Source: Eledone cirrhosa (lineage: Eukaryota). Taken from it: 64,000 nucleotides of DNA. The notes beneath the pieces were generated by a model that saw only the letters and a program-made list of their open reading frames with translations, did not search any database and was not told the origin of the DNA. Shown here piece by piece: positions 59,201 through 64,000 of this stretch. The translations under genes and the position numbers were made by a program. Numbering within the stretch: position 1 is the stretch's first letter; each line of letters starts with the position of its first letter. Location of the stretch: assembly GCA_964016885.1 (NCBI GenBank), contig OZ024752.1:17732001-17796000 (forward strand). The letters run 5' to 3'.

Positions 59201-62200
59201 TTCTAACTCCTTCGTATATGGTCTACAACTCCACCATTCTAACTCCTTATATGGTGTACAACTCCACCATTCTAACTCCGTCTTATATGGTGTACAACTC
59301 CACCATTCTAATTCCTTCTTATATGGTCTACAACACCACCATTCTAACTCCTTCTTATATGGTCTACAACTCCACCATTCTAACTCCTTCTTATATGATC
59401 TACAACTCCACCATTCTAATTCCTTCTTATATTGTCTACAACTCCACCATTTAATCTCCTTCTTATATGGTGTACAACTCCACCATTCTAACTCCTTCTT
59501 ATATGGTGTACAACTCCACCATTCTAACTCCTTCTTATATGGTGTACAACTCCACCATTCTAACTCCTTCTTATATGGTCTACGACTCCACTATTCTAAT
59601 TCCTTCTTATATCGTCTACAACTCCACTATTCTAACTCCTTCTTATATGGTATACAACTACACCATTCTAATTCCTTCTTATATGGTCTACAACTCCACC
59701 ATTCTAACTCCTTCTTATATGGTCTACAACTCCACCATTCTAATTCCTTCATATATGGTCTACAACTCCACCATACTAACTCCTTCTTATATGGTGTACA
59801 ACTCCACCATTCTAATTACTTCTTATATGGTCTACAACTCCAACACTCTAACTCTTTCTTATATGTTCTACAACTCCACCATTCTAACTCCTTCTTATAT
59901 GGTCTACAACTCCACCATTCTAACTCCTTCGTATATGGTCTACAACTCCACCATTCTAACTCCTTATATGGTCTACAACTCCACCATTCTAACTCCTTCT
60001 TATATGGTCTACAACTCTACCATTCTAACTCATTCTTATATGGTCTACAACTCCACCATTCTAATTCCTCCTTATATGGTCTACAACTCCACCATTCTAA
60101 TTCCTTCTCATATGGTCTACAACTCCACCATTCTAACTCCTTCATATGTGGTCTACAACTACACCATTCTAACTCCTTTTTATATGGTGTACAACTCCAC
60201 CATTCTAACTCCTTCTTATATGGTCTACAACTCCACCATTCTAACTCCTTCTTATATGGTCTACAACTCCACCATTCTAACTCCTTCTTATATGGTCTAC
60301 AACTCCCCCATTCTAATTGTTCTTATATGGTCTACAACTCCACCATTCTAACTCCTTCTTATATGGTCTACAACTCCACCATTCTAACTCCTTCTTATAT
60401 GGTCTACAACTCTACCATTCTAACTCATTCTTATATGGTCTACAACTCCACCATTCTAATTCCTCCTTATATGGTCTACAACTCCACCATTCTAATTCCT
60501 TCTTATATGGTGTACAACTCCACCATTCTAACTCCTTCATATGTGGTCTACAACTCCACCATTCTAACTCCTTTTTATATGGTGTACAACTCCACCATTC
60601 TAATTCCTTCTTATATGGTCTACAACTCCACCATTCTAACTCCTTCATATATGGTCTACAACTCCACCATTCTAACTCCTTCTTATATGGTCTACAACTC
60701 CACCATTCTAATTCCTTCTTATATGGTCTACAACTCCACCATTCTAATTCCTTCTTATATGGTCTACAACTCCACCATTCTAACGCCTTCTTATATGGTC
60801 TACAACTCCACCATTCTAACACCTTCTTATATGGTGTACAACTCCACCATTCTAGCTCCTTCTTATATGGTCTACAACTCCACCATTCTAACTCCTTCTT
60901 ATATGGTCTACAACTCCACCATTCTAATTCCTTCTTATATGGTCTACAACTCCACCATTCTAATTCCTTCTTATATGGTCTACAACTCCACCATTCTAAT
61001 TCCTTCTTATATGGTCTACAACTCCACCATTCTAATTCCTTCTTATATGGTCTACAACTCCACCATTCTAACTCCTTCTTATATGGTCTACAACTCCACC
61101 ATTCTAACTCCTTCTTATATGGTCTACAACTGCACCATTCTAACTCCTTCTTATATGGTCTACAACTCCACCATTCTAACTCCTTCTTATATGGTCTACA
61201 ACTCCACCATTCTAATTCCTTCATATATGGTCTACAACTCCACCATTCTAACTCCTTCTTATATGGTGTACAACTCCACCATTCTAATTGCTTCTTATAT
61301 GGTCTACAACTCCACCATTCTAACTCTTTCTTATATGGTCTACAACTCCACCATTCTAACTCCTTCTTATATGGTCTAAAACTCCACCATTCTAACTCCT
61401 TCGTATATGGTCTACAACTCCACCATTCTAACTCCTTATATGGTCTACAACTCCACCATTCTAACTCCGTCTTATATGGTCTACAACTCCAACATTCTAA
61501 CTCCGTCTTATATGGTCTACAACTCCACCATTCTAACTCATTCTTATATGGTCTACAACTCCACCATTCTAATTCCTCCTTATATGGTCTACAACTCCAC
61601 CATTCTAATTCCTTCATATGTGGTCTACAACTCCACCATTCTAACTCCTTTTTATATCGTGTACAACTCCACCATTCTAATTCCTTCTTATATGGTCTAC
61701 AACTCCACCATTCTAACTCCTTCATATATGGTCTACAACTCCACCATTCTAACTCCTTCTTATATGGTCTACAACTCCACCATTCTAATTCCTTCTTATA
61801 TGGTCTACGACTCCACCATTCTAATTCCTTCTTATATGGTCTACAACTCCGCCATTCTAACTCCTTCTTATATGGTCTACGACTCCACTATTCTAATTCC
61901 TTCTTATATGGTCTACAACTCCACTATTCTAACTCCTTCTTATATGGTCTACAACTACACCATTCTAATTCCTTCTTATATGGTCTACAACTCCACCATT
62001 CTAACTCCTTCTTATATGGTCTACAACTCCACCATTCTAATTCCTTCTTATATGGTCTACAACTCCACCATTCTAACTCTTTCTTATATGGTCTACAACT
62101 CCACCATTCTAACTCCTTCTTATATGGTCTACAACTCCACCATTCTAACTCCTTCGTATATGGTCTACAACTCCACCATTCTAACTCCTTCTTATATGGT

Positions 62201-62625
62201 GTACAACTCCACCATTCTAATTGCTTCTTATATGGTCTACAACTGCACCATTCTAACTCTTTCTTATATGGTCTACAACTCCACCATTCTAACTCCTTCG
62301 TATATGGTCTACAACTCCACCATTCTAACTCCTTATATGGTGTACAACTCCACCATTCTAACTCCGTCTTATATGGTGTACAACTCCACCATTCTAATTC
62401 CTTCTTATATGGTCTACAACACCACCATTCTAACTCCTTCTTATATGGTCTACAACTCCACCATTCTAACTCCTTCTTATATGATCTACAACTCCACCAT
62501 TCTAATTCCTTCTTATATTGTCTACAACTCCACCATTTAATCTCCTTCTTATATGGTGTACAACTCCACCATTCTAACTCCTTCTTATATGGTGTACAAC
62601 TCCACCATTCTAACTCCTTCTTATA
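48878..62625. repeat. ~5.5-kb block (~48878-54440) repeated at ~57097-62625 (offset 8,219 bp, then 8,183 bp where the second copy is one monomer shorter)
   Basis: ORF pairs 49038/57257, 50079/58298 and 51248/59467 are offset by 8,219. Pairs 52144/60327 and 53224/61407 are offset by 8,183. The 35-bp monomer (attgttct) is at 52136/60319. Confidence 0.9.
52790..56560. repeat. ~1.65-kb block repeated at a 2,118-bp offset
   Basis: The 377-aa ORFs 53224..54357 and 55342..56475 are identical. The TGC variant is at 52948/55066 and the TAA variant at 53196/55314. Boundaries are approximate. Confidence 0.88.
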
Positions 62626-64000
62626 TGGTGTACAACTCCACCATTCTAACTCCTTCTTATATGGTCTACGACTCCACTATTCTAATTCCTTCTTATATCG
62701 TCTACAACTCCACTATTCTAACTCCTTCTTATATGGTATACAACTACACCATTCTAATTCCTTCTTATATGGTCTACAACTCCACCATTCTAACTCCTTC
62801 TTATATGGTCTACAACTCCACCATTCTAATTCCTTCATATATGGTCTACAACTCCACCATACTAACTCCTTCTTATATGGTGTACAACTCCACCATTCTA
62901 ATTACTTCTTATATGGTCTACAACTCCAACATTCTAACTCTTTCTTATATGTTCTACAACTCCACCATTCTAACTCCTTCTTATATGGTCTACAACTCCA
63001 CCATTCTAACTCCTTCGTATATGGTCTACAACTCCACCATTCTAACTCCTTATATGGTCTACAACTCCACCATTCTAACTCCGTCTTATATGGTCTACAA
63101 CTCCACCATTCTAACTCCTTCTTATATGGTCTACAACTCTACCATTCTAACTCATTCTTATATGGTCTACAACTCCACCATTCTAATTCCTCCTTATATG
63201 GTCTACAACTCCACCATTCTAATTCCTTCTCATATGGTGTACAACTCCACCATTCTAACTCCTTCATATGTGGTCTACAACTACACCATTCTAACTCCTT
63301 TTTATATGGTGTACAACTCCACCATTCTAACTCCTTCTTATATGGTCTACAACTCCACCATTCTAACTCCTTCTTATATGGTCTACAACTCCACCATTCT
63401 AACTCCTTCTTATATGGTCTACAACTCCCCCATTCTAATTGTTCTTATATGGTCTACAACTCCACCATTCTAACTCCTTCTTATATGGTCTACAACTCCA
63501 CCATTCTAACTCCTTCTTATATGGTCTACAACTCTACCATTCTAACTCATTCTTATATGGTCTACAACTCCACCATTCTAATTCCTCCTTATATGGTCTA
63601 CAACTCCACCATTCTAATTCCTTCTTATATGGTGTACAACTCCACCATTCTAACTCCTTCATATGTGGTCTACAACTCCACCATTCTAACTCCTTTTTAT
63701 ATGGTGTACAACTCCACCATTCTAATTCCTTCTTATATGGTCTACAACTCCACCATTCTAACTCCTTCATATATGGTCTACAACTCCACCATTCTAACTC
63801 CTTCTTATATGGTCTACAACTCCACCATTCTAATTCCTTCTTATATGGTCTACAACTCCACCATTCTAATTCCTTCTTATATGGTCTACAACTCCACCAT
63901 TCTAACGCCTTCTTATATGGTCTACAACTCCACCATTCTAACACCTTCTTATATGGTGTACAACTCCACCATTCTAACTCCTTCTTATATGGTCTACAAC

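Larger units (their letters stand above)
1..64000. repeat. 36-bp tandem repeat array (satellite/minisatellite), ~1,779 copies, consensus ATGGTCTACAACTCCACCATTCTAAYTCCTTCTTAT; extends beyond both window edges
   Basis: Read directly across the whole window, always in the same orientation. Phase check from ATG at 33 to ATG at 63989: 63,956 bp = 1,778x36 - 17x3 - 3x1 + 2x1. Consensus composition is A9 C12 G2 T13 (39% GC). The main polymorphisms are monomer position 26 (C/T) and position 6 (C/G). Confidence 0.99.

Noticed and set aside
18930-63441. Programmed frameshifting or phase variation at the +1/-1 monomers that swap MVYNST and GLQLHH frames
   Set aside because: There is no slippery heptamer or homopolymer tract and no evidence of a gene. 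The five events reduce to about two mutations copied by duplication.
33-63944. All ORF-track entries as genuine genes or pseudogenes (MVYNST..., GLQLHHSN..., KKELEWWS...)
   Set aside because: They are overlapping translations of one repeat in three frames. Their starts and stops are point variants, they have no unique domains, and the stops and frameshifts are freely duplicated.
1-64000. CRISPR array (36-bp unit, GTTGTAG on the minus strand, small hairpin)
   Set aside because: The units abut directly with no unique spacers, and there is no leader or cas gene in the window.
1-64000. Telomeric repeat: TCTAACTCCTTCTTATATGGTGTAC loosely resembles the Candida albicans repeat (TCTAACTTCTTGGTGTAC...), and the array is strand-skewed
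   Set aside because: The match needs two gaps and the minor G6 allele, and it lies on the C-rich strand here. Inherited variants in multi-kb duplications indicate recombinational amplification, not telomerase templating. A subtelomeric location remains possible.
1-64000. TATA-box or -10 promoter elements (TTATAT in each unit; TATAAT at 21160)
   Set aside because: These are short AT motifs intrinsic to the repeat, with no downstream gene or supporting context.
1-64000. Nucleosome-phased design (5x36 = 180 bp; 360-, 540-, 1620- and 1800-bp periods)
   Set aside because: Many observed periods (13, 37, 43, 62, 66, 73 and 99 monomers) are not multiples of 5, so no consistent preference is evident by eye.
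1-64000. Pure sequencing artefact or synthetic concatemer
   Set aside because: Variants are shared hierarchically between distant blocks and indels are very rare, unlike random read error or rolling-circle copies of one template. Individual near-identical duplications could still be assembly errors.
1-64000. Diversity-generating or antigenic-variation cassette system
   Set aside because: There is no reverse transcriptase, recombinase or expression locus in the window. The variation is sparse, not adenine-specific, and explained by duplication history.

Overview
The whole 64-kb window is one uninterrupted, head-to-tail tandem array of a 36-bp monomer, consensus ATGGTCTACAACTCCACCATTCTAA(C/T)TCCTTCTTAT. 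It runs off both ends. By phase arithmetic there are 1,778 complete monomers between 33 and 63988: 17 are 33 bp, 3 are 35 bp, 2 are 37 bp and the rest are 36 bp. I found no unique sequence, inversion, transposon, RNA gene, CRISPR spacer or credible protein-coding gene. The giant ORFs (6,061 and 7,564 aa of MVYNSTILTPSY repeats) are best explained as by-products of a 36-bp unit that is stop-free in 3 of 6 frames. The informative structure lies in the monomer variants. Rare substitutions recur in a fixed order (an approximately 37-mer cycle) and reveal nested duplications at offsets of 360, 468, 540, 1542, 1620, 1800, 2118, 2233, 2376, ~3100, 3564, 4140, 5114, 5472 and ~8200 bp. They also define sub-domains: a mixed left part, a stop/frameshift-rich part at ~18-24.5 kb, an indel-free core at ~24.5-47 kb, and a distinct right part from ~47 kb. 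This fits a satellite/minisatellite array, probably eukaryotic, with higher-order repeats. The organism and family cannot be identified from sequence alone. I cannot support a novel gene system here. The functional ideas (monomer hairpin, minus-strand SD-like mini-ORF, repeat protein) are flagged as hypotheses.
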